A stretch of 64,000 bases of DNA from Felis catus. Lineage: Eukaryota. Below the pieces are notes generated by a model. That model was not told where the DNA came from, searched no databases, and saw only the letters and a list, made by a program, of their open reading frames with translations. Each line of letters starts with the position of its first letter. The stretch's first letter is position 1. The position numbers and the translations under genes are program-made. This document shows positions 47,670 through 60,898 of the stretch, piece after piece. The stretch covers positions 10,046,001 to 10,110,000 of the forward strand of contig NC_058369.1 of NCBI RefSeq assembly GCF_018350175.1, in the 5' to 3' direction.

Positions 47670-48745
47670 GCCCTCCATCCATTTAACAAACTTATTGAGT
47701 CAGCAGGGAACAGCAGAAACAAGGAACCTCCCTAGTAGAGAGCCAGCTAAGAGACAGCCGAATGAGTAAATATCCTTGGTACATCCCAGTGAGTGCAAGT
47801 AAATAAAGCAGTAATGCGGATTTGTGGTGGTTGTAAGGGGGTGGGGGTGGGGAGGGTATCAGAGAAGGGCTTCCTGGGGAAGGGACCTGTGAGGGGAGAC
47901 CTGGAGGAGGTGAGGGAGGAGGCTTGCAGATATCGGGGAGGAGACAATCCAGGCAGAGGAAACAGCCTATGCAAAGGCCCTGAGGCAGCAATGTGCCCAG
48001 GGAGTCTGGAGAATAGTGAGAAGTCCCAGGAAGCGGGAGGGGAAGAAAGTCAGAGACAAGGGCAGGGAGGTGATGGGGGTGTGCAGGGCCTTGTGGCCTC
48101 AGGGAGGACTTGGGTTTTGCTCTGAGTGAGGAAGCTGGCAGACACCATGGCCCCCCCAAAGATGTCCACGTCCGAATCCCTGGAATTTGTGCACGTATTA
48201 CCTCACATTGCAAAAGGGACTTTGCAGATGTGATTACATTAAGGCTCTTTGGGCAGGGAGATCACCCTGACTACGGGGTGGGCCCAATCTCGTAACACAA
48301 ATCCTTAAACGCAGACGGGTGAGGCAGAAAGGGGGTCAGAGAACGGCCGTGTCAGAAGGTCTCTCCTGGCTGGTTTTGAAGGCGGTGGGAGAGGCCACAA
48401 GCCAGGGACTGCATGGGGAAAGGGGGACCTCCCCCCTGCAACCGCAACGAACTGAATTCTGCCCGCACCTGAAGCAAGCCAAGGTGGCCGTTAGTTCTTT
48501 CTGAGCGGAAGAGGAGCCCAAGCGGGCTCGGGTGCTCACCTGCGCCCCCTGGGGGCCGAGGGGGGAAGAGACCGCAAGGCGAGACCAGGAGCCTGGGACC
48601 AGGCCGGACGCGACAGCAGGGGCAGGAGGGCGACGCTGGGCTGGACCCGGCGGGGCCGCGGAGGTGGGCAGAAGTCCCAGGTTTGGATGTGAGTGGAGAG
48701 AGAGCGAGAAAGGAGTCAAGTCAAGGATGACACGAGGCTTCTGAC
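47670..48745. mobile_element. L2 (minus) interrupted by an MLT1D-like LTR (~48135-48480)
   Basis: ccaggcagaggaaacagcctatgcaaaggccctgagg; caaaagggactttgcagatgtgatta; gagtcaaggatgac. Confidence 0.75.
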
Positions 48746-50233
48746 CGCGGTACCTGGAGCCCCCAGCCCTCTCCAGCCCCCTGCTCCACCAGCCCCCGCC
48801 TCGCTCCTGTGTCCCCCTCAGATGGTTCAGGTAGAGGCCACATGCTGCCCTCGCCTCTTAGGCCTTGGCTGTGCCCTGTGGCCTCTCACGCATGGCATTT
48901 GCCCTCTCCATTCTCAAGACAGGAAGTCAGATGAGGCTGGAGAGGGGCGGAGAGCTGTCAGGGCCCCGACCCCCAAAAGGACTGGGGATCTGCCTCCTCC
49001 CTCCCATCCGAGCCCAGACTAACCGGCTCCCATTTCGCCCCCGGTCGGCGCATCGCTCTCTCTGTCTCCCTCTGGAATTTTCGTTCTCTTTACGGTAACC
49101 AAATTACCCCATCTCCGCTTCTCGCCAGGGACCGCCTGCCTCAGCGCGCAGCGTGGGCTAGAAGGGCCAGGGTCACGGGGCGAGCGATGAAACCATCAAT
49201 CACCCGCCGATGCTGACAGCCACCCCTCACCTGGGACCCTCCACCGTCTGCGAGCCCCGGGCCCAGCGGCAACTCAAAAACAGGCCTGGAGGCCTCCGAA
49301 CCCTTCAAGGTGCGGCCTCGAGAGAAACTCCCAGATCCTTGTTCGTCTGGATCCGCAGAAAGCCATCCTGGGTTCAAACTCACAGCTGCCTCTTGCTCAC
49401 TTGGCCGGGCCACTTCATCGGTCCGTGCCTCAGTTTCCCCACCCGGAAAGTAGAGATTATACCATTTTCGATGCCGCTGGGGATTACATCAGTGAATGTG
49501 ATAGTGTGGAGCACGTAATAAGTACTTTCTAGGACGTACTACTGTGACCCTTGCCTTGCCTCTGGTAAACATCGGAGATCATCAACTCTTGATAGAAATC
49601 CAAGACTTCTGACTTGGGGGGTTGGTGATGGGGATCATGCCTATGCCTTCGTCCAGCTGGTGCCTCATCCAAGTCAGAACTGGGGTGGGGGCGGGGGGAA
49701 GGCTCTAGCAGAACCTCAACTCCTGCGCAACAACCCACGTTTAGCCTCACTCATTGCAGATAACAAGCCTCCCTGCTTTGCACTGGCTGTTCCCTCTGCC
49801 TGGAATGCTCTTCCTCCACAAACCACGTGACTCCTCTTTGCCTGCTTCGGAGCTTTGTTCAGATGTCACCTCCTCAGTGAGGACACCCGGTTAAAAGCGC
49901 GCACAGTGCCCCCGCCTGCCCCACCCACGCGGTTTTGTTGTTTCTAGAGCGGGCACGCACCCCCACCTAATGTACCGGAGGCTGCGTTTGCTGGGTCGGT
50001 CTGACCACCTCACTGGAGTGTCAGCCCTGGGGCAGGGGTGTACCCCCTTCATCGCCCAGCACAGCACCTGGCATGAAATAAACACTCGGTGAATTCTTGG
50101 TGAACGAATGAATGAATGCATTCCAAAGCTGCTCTGGAATTGGACTGCTGTGGGCACTCCGGGGCTTTCTGGGGGTAGACGGGGTGTGATAAGTCTTGTG
50201 CAGGGACCCTGCTGTCGTCTTTATGTGGATCTT

Positions 50234-50312
50234 CTCCTTCCTTCCTTCCTTCCTTCCTTCCTTCCTTCCTTCCTTCCCCCTCTCTGCCCCTCCTTCATTC
50301 CTTCTTTCTTTC
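50234..50312 (+). repeat. (CCTT)n simple repeat
   Basis: Direct reading. Confidence 0.9.
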
Positions 50313-50314
50313 CT

Positions 50315-50752
50315 GAGGTGAAATTCACCTAACACAAAATCAACCATTTTGAAGAATACACTTCAGGGACATTTAGCACCTTCACCACGTTGTGCGGCCA
50401 CCACTTCTACCTGGTTCCAGAACATCCCCGTCACCCCAAAAGGAAACCGGCACCCATTAAGTCGCTCCCCAGCTTCCCCTTTCCTCCCAGCCCCTGGCCA
50501 CCACCCGTCTGCTTTCTGTCTCTGTGGATTTACTTATTCTGGACATTTCACGTAAATGGAATCGGGTCACGTGTGCTCTGTCGTGTCTGGCTCCTTTCAC
50601 TGGGTATAACGCTTTCAAGTTTCCTCCACATTGTAGCGTGTGTCAAGATCGGTCCTCCTTTTTACGGCTGAATCATATCCCAGTGTATGGATGGACCACA
50701 TTTGTTCATCCACTCCTCTGGTGATGGACATTTAGGGTGTTGGCACCTTTAT
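50315..50752 (-). mobile_element. L1MB-like 3'UTR
   Basis: ctttctgtctctgtggatttacttattctggacatttcacgtaaatggaat...gatggacatttagggtg. Confidence 0.88.
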
Positions 50753-53249
50753 TGTGGATCCTTAAAAGGCACCCTTTCTTCGGGGCAGAGGAAGAGCGCG
50801 GTGAGGGGAAGAGATGATATCAGCCCTTGCTCTGGCTTCTTTCTAGCATTCTTGTGCAGTGAGCCACGTGCACAGCTGTTCATGGCAGCCCTAACAGTGT
50901 GATGCGTATCCTGACCAGCTCAAAGACCAAGGAACCAGGAGCTGCCCCTCCTCGCCTAGGCTTTCAGACTGCCAATCCCTAACCTCTCTGGTCCGCTCAC
51001 CCCTGCGGAAAACCTGCCAGGGAATCGGGCTGTTTTGGTGGGTACTCCAAGTCCCCTCTTTCCTGTTGCCCCTAGCTGTGCCCACCCCCCTTGCCTCTCC
51101 AGACTCTGGGACCCTCTGGCTGTCTCTTCTTCTTCATGCTTTCCACCCAGCCTGGAGTCCCACACCCGCCTACGTCTCCCAACCCTCTCTCTGTGTCTCC
51201 GGCACAGTGGCTATTTTTATTTTCCCTTCTTATTAAATTCCCAACTTCTGCAAACACCATGGCCCCTGCCTCGCTGCACTGCACCCCCCCCCCCACCCTT
51301 CCCCTTCGAGCGGATTTGATTCACTTGCGGTTTTATTAACAGATTAAAAAAAAAATGCAGCTGCCACCACACCGTGCCTTCTCTGCTTTCTTGGAGGTTT
51401 AGAGAAGCTGGAGGGAGGAACACCAGGCTGCAGGTTCCCTCTGGGGGGGGTTAAATCCAATCCACCCTCCTCCCCACAGCCCGGGATATGTAGACCTCTC
51501 CGTGTGTAGCCAAGGAGGAGGGGGGAGGGGCTGGGCAGTGAGGCCGGGCCCTTTCCTGAGTTTGAGGAAGGATTTGAGGGGTGTCAGGCCTGTGCACTGC
51601 CCCAGATAGTGCCTTGTCCTGAGGTGGAATTAGAAATTCAAAAAAAAAAAAAAAAAAAAAAAATCCACATGGAGGTCCTGCCCCTGTGGACACTGGGGAG
51701 CTCACAGCTGCCCAGTTGGTCCCCGGAAGGGGGGCCTGGGATTTGGAAGCACCCACACCAGAGCTGGGGGGGCCCTCCACCCATTCTTCTTTTGGATCAC
51801 TGGCAGAAGTGGGGGGGGGCATGGAAGGTTCCAGGCTCCCCGACACCACCTACCCTGGCAGGCCTCTCTTAACTTTTTCTCCCCAGGAGATTCCGATCCC
51901 CATCCCTGTGTCCTCCCTCCACCCCCTGCCTCCCAGAGCTGAGAGCAAATTGCTTCTTCATGCCCCCGGGGTGTTTTTCCCCCCAAATTCTTTGTGTGGC
52001 AGTCACTATGGCAACCAAGAACCCAGCTGCACTTTATTTCCTGGGGATACAGCAAGGGGGTGGGGAGTATGTTCAACTGGGACCTTTCTACCCTCTTCCT
52101 TTCCCTTCTTCTCTTCCTCCTCCCCCACAGGGCCTGATCCAGCCTTGGTCCACTAGAAGAGTAGGCTGCCTGTCTGGGTGCCCATCCTGGCTTGCTGGGC
52201 TGGCTCCCCACTGGGTCCCTCATCCATTTGAGGAAGGTTCTTCCTTTGGCCAGAGTGCTAAGGCTAAATGGTGCCCTGGATCCCAGTGGAATCCCTTTCC
52301 CCTTCTTTCTCTCTTCCCTCTTCCTCTCCACTCCCATAATCAGGGCAGGCTGGTATGGTTGGGCAGGCTGGACACTGCACAAGGGGGCACAGCGTGTGCT
52401 CAAGCCATGCTGTGAGTGCCCCTTTCTCCTTTGCTCAGGGGCACCCTATGGACCAACCTCTGCCCTGCTGTGGCTGACACCAACTCACAGTTCGCTATGA
52501 AGAGAGTCAGTTATTTCAATAATGAATTTCAGCTCCAGTCATGCCCCAAAGCAGAGGAGGAAAGCGAGCCTCGCCAGAAATTTGAGGTTGTGAACAACAC
52601 AGGCTACAGCTCCTTTGGGACCTTAAGAGGACAAACTTGGGCGGGAAGAATTCTAGAGGGGCTGGAGCTGGAGTCAAAGACTGTAGGATCTTGGGAGAAC
52701 CAGAGAGGGACGGGGGTGATAATCAAAAGTCCCAGAGACGTAATGCAGCTGGCGTAGATTGACTGCCACATGGACTCAGGTCGATGCCCTCACCACCTAC
52801 CCTGCCTCTGTCACCTGACTGGAGCCCGGGCCAGCCGGCCGAGGCACATCGAGGCGAGCCCTGTCGTCCCAGCCGAGGCCATCCTAGACCAACCTACGGC
52901 CAGCCGAACCCCAAACATGTGACAGGGCCCAACCTGGGTGAATAAAGAGTGTCCTCCGGCCCCCCAGCTGACCAAAGACTCCTGAATGCGCCCAGCCAGA
53001 AGAAATGTCCGGTTGATGCGTAGACTGTGAGCCATAATCAAGGCCGATTGTCTAAGCCGCTGGACTGGGGGGTTGTCTGTCACACAGCACAATGGGCTAC
53101 AGGTAACTGACACAAGGCCTGACTAAGTCAGCGCGGGTGCATCAGGCACATCTTGCCCTTCCTCACGCAAGAATTGGGCCCGGATTCGGTTACCATCTCC
53201 TTCCCTTTCTTACAAACTCTTCCCCGTTCCTTCCGTTCTTGATCTCTAG

Positions 53250-53530
53250 TCACATCCCCCTCACTCCCCCCCCCCTTCCATTCAGCTACATCAGATTCTC
53301 CCACTCTCCAAGCCTGCACCCACCTCCGGGCCTTTGCACCTGCTGCTTCCCTGCCTGGAACCGTCTTTCCCCAGGGTGGGTCCCTCCCTCGCCTCATGAT
53401 GTCCCTGCTCACGCGTCCCCTCCTTTGAGAGGCCGTCCCTATCTCAGACAGGCGTGCCACCCTCCGGCCCCTCATCGGCTGCTTCCTCTAATTTTTATGG
53501 TTGTTACTCACGGCACTTACCACTACCCGA
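53250..53530 (+). mobile_element. L2 fragment
   Basis: gggcctttgcacctgctgcttccctgcctggaac. Confidence 0.7.
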
Positions 53531-54532
53531 AATTGTCTTCTTCCCTTCCTTCTCTCACTTCCCCTTGTCCCTCCTGGTGCTTCCTGGGGCCACTTGCTCT
53601 CAGGGGCTGCCTCTGGAGCCAGTCCAACCTAAGACAGCCAAAGAAGATTCCGGATTTGGGGCAAGGACACTCAGCGGTGCCAGCTAATTCTGCTGCTCCC
53701 CGCGGGAGCCACCTCCTGTCCAGCTGCGCCACACTTAGGGATGCTAAGGTCGACTCAGGGCTTCAGATGGGGGCAAAAGAACCTTCCACAAATTTACTTC
53801 TCATCCGCCTTTTCCCTCGTGATCTCCCCATCCATGGATGAGCGCGTCCCAGATCCACGAAAAGAGTCCCCAGGCACGGCCCGACCCCCCATCCCCGCCA
53901 TCATCCGAGGGGATCAAGAATCACTGGGGGCTTCGTGGAAGAGAAAGATCATCTGTCTATAGGCATCAACATCGCTTTCCTTTAAAAAAAATTTTTTTTA
54001 TTTTAAACCTTCCCACAATTCAAATGTTTCTCTTATTATCTTCTGCCGAGGGAAAAAATTAATAACACGGCGCAATATAAAACACTAAATTAAAGGCATT
54101 TTGGAACCAGCAATTATTTCATAAGCTTCTCTTTTATTGCCGCGCTAATGTGCCTAATTGCTGTCTTAATGAGGACATTAATTTCTAGCTAATGTGATGT
54201 TATTAGAGAAATTGCAGTCAATCTCTTAAAAAGGGGAAAGTGCTAGAAAGCTGTCCCACGAGGCAGGGGTTCTGGTCACCCTGGGGCTGAGGGGCAAAGG
54301 AGAGGGGAGGAGATGACGCTGGGACCCAGGCTGGGACAGGAGCAGCCGGGAGCCAGGGAAGGGGAGAGGTGGGAGCGTCCCGCAGGTTGTGGGCAGCCTG
54401 GGGAGGCCCCCATCAGGGAACCAGCTGTCCCTGGCCCGGGGCCCCAGGAGACGAGCTCCAATAGGGGAAAGTGTTAGCACAGTAGTAAAACCTAACACGG
54501 GTGGCAGGTGCTGTTGAAACATCTTATATCTA

Positions 54533-54935
54533 TTTTTTTTTTAATTTTTTTAATGTTTATTTTTGGGAGAGACAGGGCACGAGTGGGGGAGGGGCAGAGA
54601 GAGAGGGAGACACAGAATCCGAAGCAGGTTCCAGGCTCCGAGCTGTCAGCACAGAGCCCGATGCGGGGCTCGAACTCGCGAACCACAAGATCATGACCAG
54701 AGTCGAAGTCGGACGCTCAAACGACTGAGCCTCGAATATTTGTTTACTGTTCTTTTTTGAATGTTTGTTTATTTTTGAGAGGGGGGAGGGGCAGAGAGAG
54801 CAGGAGCTAGAGAATCCCAAGCAGGTTCCTCGTTGTCAGCGCAGAGCCGGATGTGGGGTTCAAACTCACGAGCCATGAGATCATCACCGGAGCCAAAATC
54901 AGATGCTTCGTGCACCGAGCCACACCCAGGTGCCC
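54533..54935 (-). mobile_element. Two tandem CAN-SINEs
   Basis: Two T tails with SINE bodies (~54533-54732, ~54750-54935). Confidence 0.9.
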
Positions 54936-55409
54936 TTAGATCTAGAATATTTAGACCCACACCCAACAGAAGCAAGTCAGGATGATGAGGAGAGGGTGTG
55001 AGGGCAAAGCAGCCCAGGTTGTCACCCCAGTGTCCCTTGAAGCTCAGTCACTCGCCTCTGCCTTTTGCAAACCACCTTGCCAAGCACGCAGCCTGACAGT
55101 CTGACCCAGTAAAAACACAACAAACCACTTTTAAATTCTGACAGCTACTTATGTGAATAAAAGAAGAAGCCCCCTGAGGCCTGTATCCCACACTCCAAAA
55201 AAAAAAAAAAAAAAAAAAAGACAACCGCAAATCGGAAGAGATGTGATTCGCTGCGGTTCAAGCCTTTGCCAGTGTGGCCGTGGGGATACACACAGGGTTG
55301 CCAGGCACCATGGCAGAGGTGCTCCCCTTCACGCTTTTTTACTTTATTTACAAAACCGACTTTACTTTGTTTCAAACTTAAACCAAGTCGCTCACGAAGG
55401 AAACTTCTC

Positions 55410-55782
55410 ATATGTCTACGGAGCGAGAGAGACTTTATTTTAGGAAATTGGCTTTTGCAGTTGTGGAGGCTGGCACGCCCGAAATCTGCAGAATAGGCCA
55501 GAAGGCAGGAGACCCAGGGAAGTGCTGCAGTTTGAGTCCAAAGGCGGTCTGCCGGCAGAACTCCTTGCTCAGGGAACATCAGTCTTTGTTCTCTTAAGGC
55601 CTTCCGCTGATTGGATAAGGCCCACCCACAAAATGGAGGGTAATCTGCTTTCCTCAAAGCCCGTTGATTTAAATGTTAATCTCACCCAAAGAGAGGACTT
55701 TCTCAGAAACTTCCCAAATAATATTTGACCAAATATCTGGGCACCGTGGCCCAGCCAAGTTGACATAAAATCCAACCATCCA
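55410..55782 (-). mobile_element. MLT2 (ERVL) LTR
   Basis: gattggataaggcccacccaca..atggagggtaatctgcttt...ggcccagccaagttgaca. Confidence 0.88.
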
Positions 55783-55819
55783 CTCCAAACTCTTGCTTTC
55801 TATTACAGTAAAGCAAGTG

Positions 55820-56245
55820 TGGTTGGTGCTATTTTTACATCCCCTTGGCCCAGACATCCCTGCGTCTCTCTGCCTGAGGCTTTTATACAAGTAAGCAGGG
55901 GGGTGGGGGGAGGCTGCAGGCCCGAAGTGCTGGCAGGGGACACTCCCAGAAGTGACTGTCATCAACCAGAAACAGAATTTTGGAGGATAAATACCCCAGC
56001 TCCCTCCTCCTCTGCAGATAGGACTCTGAAGTGTGTGCTCTCTGCTGCCCCGGGAGGTCCCCAGCAGAACTGCACCCCACTTATCACATTGGGAACCTGC
56101 TCAATGACACCCCCTATTCTGGCTGCCTTCATTGTCCTGCCTCACGCCCCGTCCCCCCTCAACCTGTGTTTCTTGGAATCACTTTGGAGATTAAACTTCC
56201 TGCACCTAAATCCCCCAGTCCAGGGACGGCTTTGGGGGAAACCCA
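55820..56245 (+). mobile_element. LTR16-like ERVL LTR
   Basis: ggataaataccccagctccctc...aaacttcctgcacctaaatcc...tttgggggaaaccca. Confidence 0.7.
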
Positions 56246-57199
56246 GTCCTCTTTACCTTCTTTCCCATCCCTACAGCAACAAAATATGAGTGGGTGGGAG
56301 AATGAGTGGAATTTCTTTTCTCATAAAGGCAAGACGCACTCCTGATTAAATGAAAAGAATGCAGGGCCTGTCAAAGGGAGAGCGTGCTGAGTTGAGTCTC
56401 TCTCTGTGCTGATCCTCCCTTGGCCTCAATATAGCCCGGCTAAGACCTGCCCTGTGCATCCGCTCTGGTGTTTTGCATTCACACTCCAGCATCTGCACGA
56501 ATATCCTCTTTGCCTTTCACAAATGGGGGATCGTTGCAGACGCACTGTTCCACCCTTGCTTTTTCTCCAGTTAATTATATAGCTTGGACACCCGCCCCAA
56601 ATGGGCGCATCTAGGCCCGCCTCATTCTGCTTAATGACTGCAGAGTATTGGAAGATGTGCTTTCAGAGAAAGAAAGGATTTATCTGGAAGGCTCCGCCTG
56701 GGAGTCCCAGACCTGAGCTAATGCGATGGAGGACCACACTCCAATTCCTCTCCCATCTTTTCCAGCTCCTCTGTGCCCTGGGGATCCACCTGGACACAGT
56801 GTCTGGCCAGCCACCCCTGAGCGGGACTCGGCCACACCTGAGCCTGTGCCTGGGTCAGGGTGAGAGTTTGAGATTCCTGCTCCAGCCATCAACCATCCAG
56901 GCAGGGAAAATAAAAAAGCCAAACGAACCCCAGGCCAAGTGCCTGCTCTGTGGGCCTCCACACCGTGGCCCCTTGACGTCTTCTCGTGGCCTTGAACGCG
57001 CCTGACCCTCAACGATCTAGGAAGAGGCAGCGGCCAATCCATTTCCAGGCTGAGTGGGCGGGTGCTTCAGAAGGTGGGCTCTGATTGGTCCAAATCCACC
57101 GGGCGTTCCCTTCCCTTCACTGACGATTGGCTGGGGCATGGCCGCTGAAGCTGTGGGCATCCTGCCGGCTCTGCTCATGACTGGCTGTTTCAGCCCATG

Positions 57200-57398
57200 G
57201 GTGGACGAAGTTAGGGCTTGAGGCCGGTCTTTGCAAACAAAGTTTATTGGCCCACAACCACGTTCGTTTGTTTCCCAATCTTCTCGGGCTGCTCTTTTGC
57301 GCTCAAAGGGCAGAGTAGACTAACTGCGAAAGAGACTATGCAATCTGAAAAGCTAAAAATACTTCTATCTGGACCTTTACAGAGTTTGCCGACCCCTG
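57200..57398. mobile_element. MER58A DNA transposon
   Basis: aaagtttattggcccacaaccacg...aagctaaaaatacttctatctggacctttacagagtttgccgacccctg. Confidence 0.8.
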
Positions 57399-57399
57399 G

Positions 57400-58050
57400 G
57401 CACGTGTGTGCGGCTCTCTACCTGGGGGTTTTCTCCTGATCCACACGTGGGACAGGTCGGAAGTGACCCTGGGAGCAGCCCTCAATCTAGGATGGATGGG
57501 ATCTGGAGCATGCGTTCGCAGGGCCCTCTCCACTTGGGTGAGACGCCTCAGAAATACGCGTCCGCACAACGTAGCCCAGCGGAATTGAACCCCGGGTGCC
57601 TTTGGCAGTGACTGCTTATTTACCCCTTGCTTTGGCTGCCCTCCTTTTCCTATGTCATTTCTGATCTCCCCGCCAGTGTTTCCTGGATTTACTTCCCAGA
57701 TAAACTGCTTGCACTCAAACTGGGCCTCTGAGTGCACCTCTGGAGGACCCCAAACCGAGACACCACATGACAAATTTCGGGTTAGGGCGAACCAGGAGAA
57801 GGGTTCCTTCCTCTTGAAAAGAGATGCGATTAAGAGATGGGCTCTTCTGCTGCTGGAACCTGTCATTTCTGCACATGACACCTGGAGTTCTGGAAGCTGA
57901 CTTCAGACCATGAAGAGAGCCAGCCTTAGGACAAAGCTAAGATGCAGGGAGGGCAGCAAAGGCCCTGAGTCGATGACATCATCGGGCCACTGAATTAATC
58001 AACCCAGGAGCTGCCCTGACTCTGAACTTACTGTTCTACAAGATGGTGAC

Positions 58051-58086
<36 letters not shown>

Positions 58087-59450
58087 TTAAGTTGGCTTGA
58101 GTGGGGCTTTTCTTCTTCCTTTCTGATAGATGGAAAGACCTAGAGTGGAGGGAGATGATCAGCCTAATGGAGTAAACACTGGGCTATCACCCTTGGGTGA
58201 GGTCAGAGGTGAAATCTTTGCAACAGCCAGAACATTTTTTGTTTGCACATAAGGAAACCCTTAATTGCCATCACTTATTCAAAAAGAGAAGGCATTGGCT
58301 CGTACAAGGGAAAAGTACAACAGCTGTATAACTTCAGTCATGGCTGGATCCAGGCGCTCGATGATGTCACCAGGAGTCTGGGTCTGTCCATCTCCCAATT
58401 CAGATTTCTTTTGTGTTAGCCTCTCTCTCAGGCCAGCTCTCAATAAATAGTGGTGAGACGGTTCCATGCATTCCTGACTTATATCCCCACAACTTAGCAA
58501 CCTTGGCAGACAGAAAATACCTCTTTTCCAACAACTGCTGCAAAAGTCTGAGGACTGTCTCTCATCCACTCGTCTTGGGTCACAGGTCCATCCCTGGACC
58601 AACCAGGAAGGGGGAAATGTTCTGATAGGCCTATCCTGGGCCACATGCTCATCCCTGGAGGTAAGGGGGGGAAGAGGGCTTCAATCCTGCCATGCTGTTC
58701 CATGTTGGCCAAAAGGGGGTTAAGACATGGTTCCTCCAAGCGAAACTGTAGAAAAGGAAAGGGAAAGGGATTCCAGGAAAACAAAAATATCAGACTTCTA
58801 TGAGTCTAGACTCTGTAGGCTGGTGGTTGAAATAGTGCGGTAAGCCCAGAGCATTAAGATCTTGAACAAACGAAGTCTCGACATAACCTGTCTATCTGAC
58901 TCCCGTCTCTCACATGCTGGTGTTTACTCGGGACACAATCTAGGAAGGTTTGTGCATTCTTGTGTGGGACGTCAGAGTCACAAGAGGGAGGGAGGGAGGG
59001 AGTGTGGTGACAGGAATGGAGGAGCTAGGTCAGCACCCAAGGGGTTAGCCTGCAGGAGAGGGCTGAGGCTGCATTAGTCCTGCACAAGCCACGATGCTAT
59101 GACAAAGAGGCCCAAAATTTCAGTGGCTCTCAGATGAGGGTCTATTTTTTGCTCATGTGAGTGTCCAGAGGTTAGCCTAGGTCCAGGGCTAGGGGGACAG
59201 TGTTGCCATGCACATCACTGGTGGGTTCCTCCTGGAGTTTCGAGGAGAATCAGGGAAAAGGAAGTGGAGGGCAAAAGCTTTCCTTGAAGGACACACCGGA
59301 AGCGGCACGCGGCACGAATGCTCACATCCCATTGGCCAGAACTTAGTCATATGGCCACACTTAGCTGCAAGGGAGACTGGGAGTTGTAGTCTCTAACAGG
59401 GAAGCCATGTACCCAGCTAAAACTGAAAAGACTGCTACTCAAGAGAAAGA
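57400..59450. mobile_element. Cluster of old LTR16 / MLT1 LTR fragments with (TTA)n at ~58051-58085
   Basis: cttcccagataaactgcttgcactcaaac; cccattggccagaacttagtcatatggccacacttagctgcaagggagactggg. Confidence 0.65.
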
Positions 59451-60054
59451 GGAGAATGGCTGCCGGGGAGCGGGATGGCAGGACCTGCTTCATCTGGGAA
59501 GAGGCTCTGCCGTCCAGGACTGCTGGCCCCATACAGATGGACAGGGCCATCCCCACTCCGCACCGCTCTCCATGCACACACGCTGTGTGATCACTTCACC
59601 GTAATTTATTTCAAAATGTATTTATTCAAAAACTTTGTAAAATTTTGCTAATTTAAAATTGTATTTTAAATCAAGTATGTATGTATGTATGTATTTCCAG
59701 CACTGAACAGCAGAACATGGATAAATATCTGGCACTTAGTAGGCGCTCAGGAAAAAGGGTGACCCCGAAGCCACCGTCTCGTCTCACCAAACCCGTTTCC
59801 TCTCCCCGTACACACAGGAAGACTGCCTTTCCCAGCCTCGCCTATGGCTGGGCAGGCTCATGGGCCCGAGTTCTGGCCAATGGGACGCAGAGGAAGTGAT
59901 CATTCCCCTTCCAGCGCAAGACTCGAAATTAACCCCGCCAAATCCTACACTACCCCGGCTCCTCCTGCATCCGGCAGTCAGAGGTGGAGGGTGCAGGGGA
60001 AGATTCCGAGCCTTTGAAGAGGTTGAGGGGAATGGGGTCTCTGTACCTCTATAT

Positions 60055-60255
60055 TCTTTTTTTTATTTATTTATTTACTTACTTTTTTTTTGTTTCAGAG
60101 AAAGAGAGAGAAAGCGCGAGTGGGGGAGAGGGGCAGAGGGAGAGAGAATCCCAGCATGGGGTCCGACGTGGGGCTCGATCCCACCATGTTGGGATCGTGA
60201 CGTGAGCCCAAATCAGGAGTGGGTCACTCGACCGACCGAGCCACCCAGGCGCCCC
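60055..60255 (-). mobile_element. CAN-SINE
   Basis: SINE body; cctctatattctt duplicated on both flanks. Confidence 0.9.
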
Positions 60256-60722
60256 ATGTCCCTCTATATTCTTATCTCTAAATAGGATAATAACCGCCTC
60301 ACTTCATAAGGCTGTTTTGCGGATCAAATGAAATAGATTAACATTTGAACGTTGAAATTAATTCATTTCACGAGTGTTTGAAAAGTGAAATGAATGCATG
60401 TCAATGAAATAAATTAATATTTGAGAAATGCATAGAACAGTGCCTAACAGGGGCCTAAGGGCTGTATGTGTGTTCAATATATTTTTTAATGTATAATTTC
60501 ATCAACGAGCACCCGTATACCTACAAGCCCAGTCAGGAAATAGAACATGACTGATACCTGGGCACAGATGAAATAAACATCCAAATCACACACATTTGTC
60601 GTTATTAAACTGTAATCGTTGCCTTGAAGGAAAAGAACAGGAAGCTAGGAGAATAACCAGGGAGCTAATTTAGATTAGGAGGGAAACGGGGAACGATGTC
60701 TTCGAGATATTTCATTTGAAAT

Positions 60723-60834
60723 GGGGACATTTTGAGCCCTGCGTGGGGTTCTGGGCTGACAGCTCAGAGCCTGGAGCCTGCCTCAGACGCTGTGCCTCCC
60801 TCTCTCTCTGCCCCTCCCCTGCTTGTGCTCTGTT

Positions 60835-60898
<64 letters not shown>

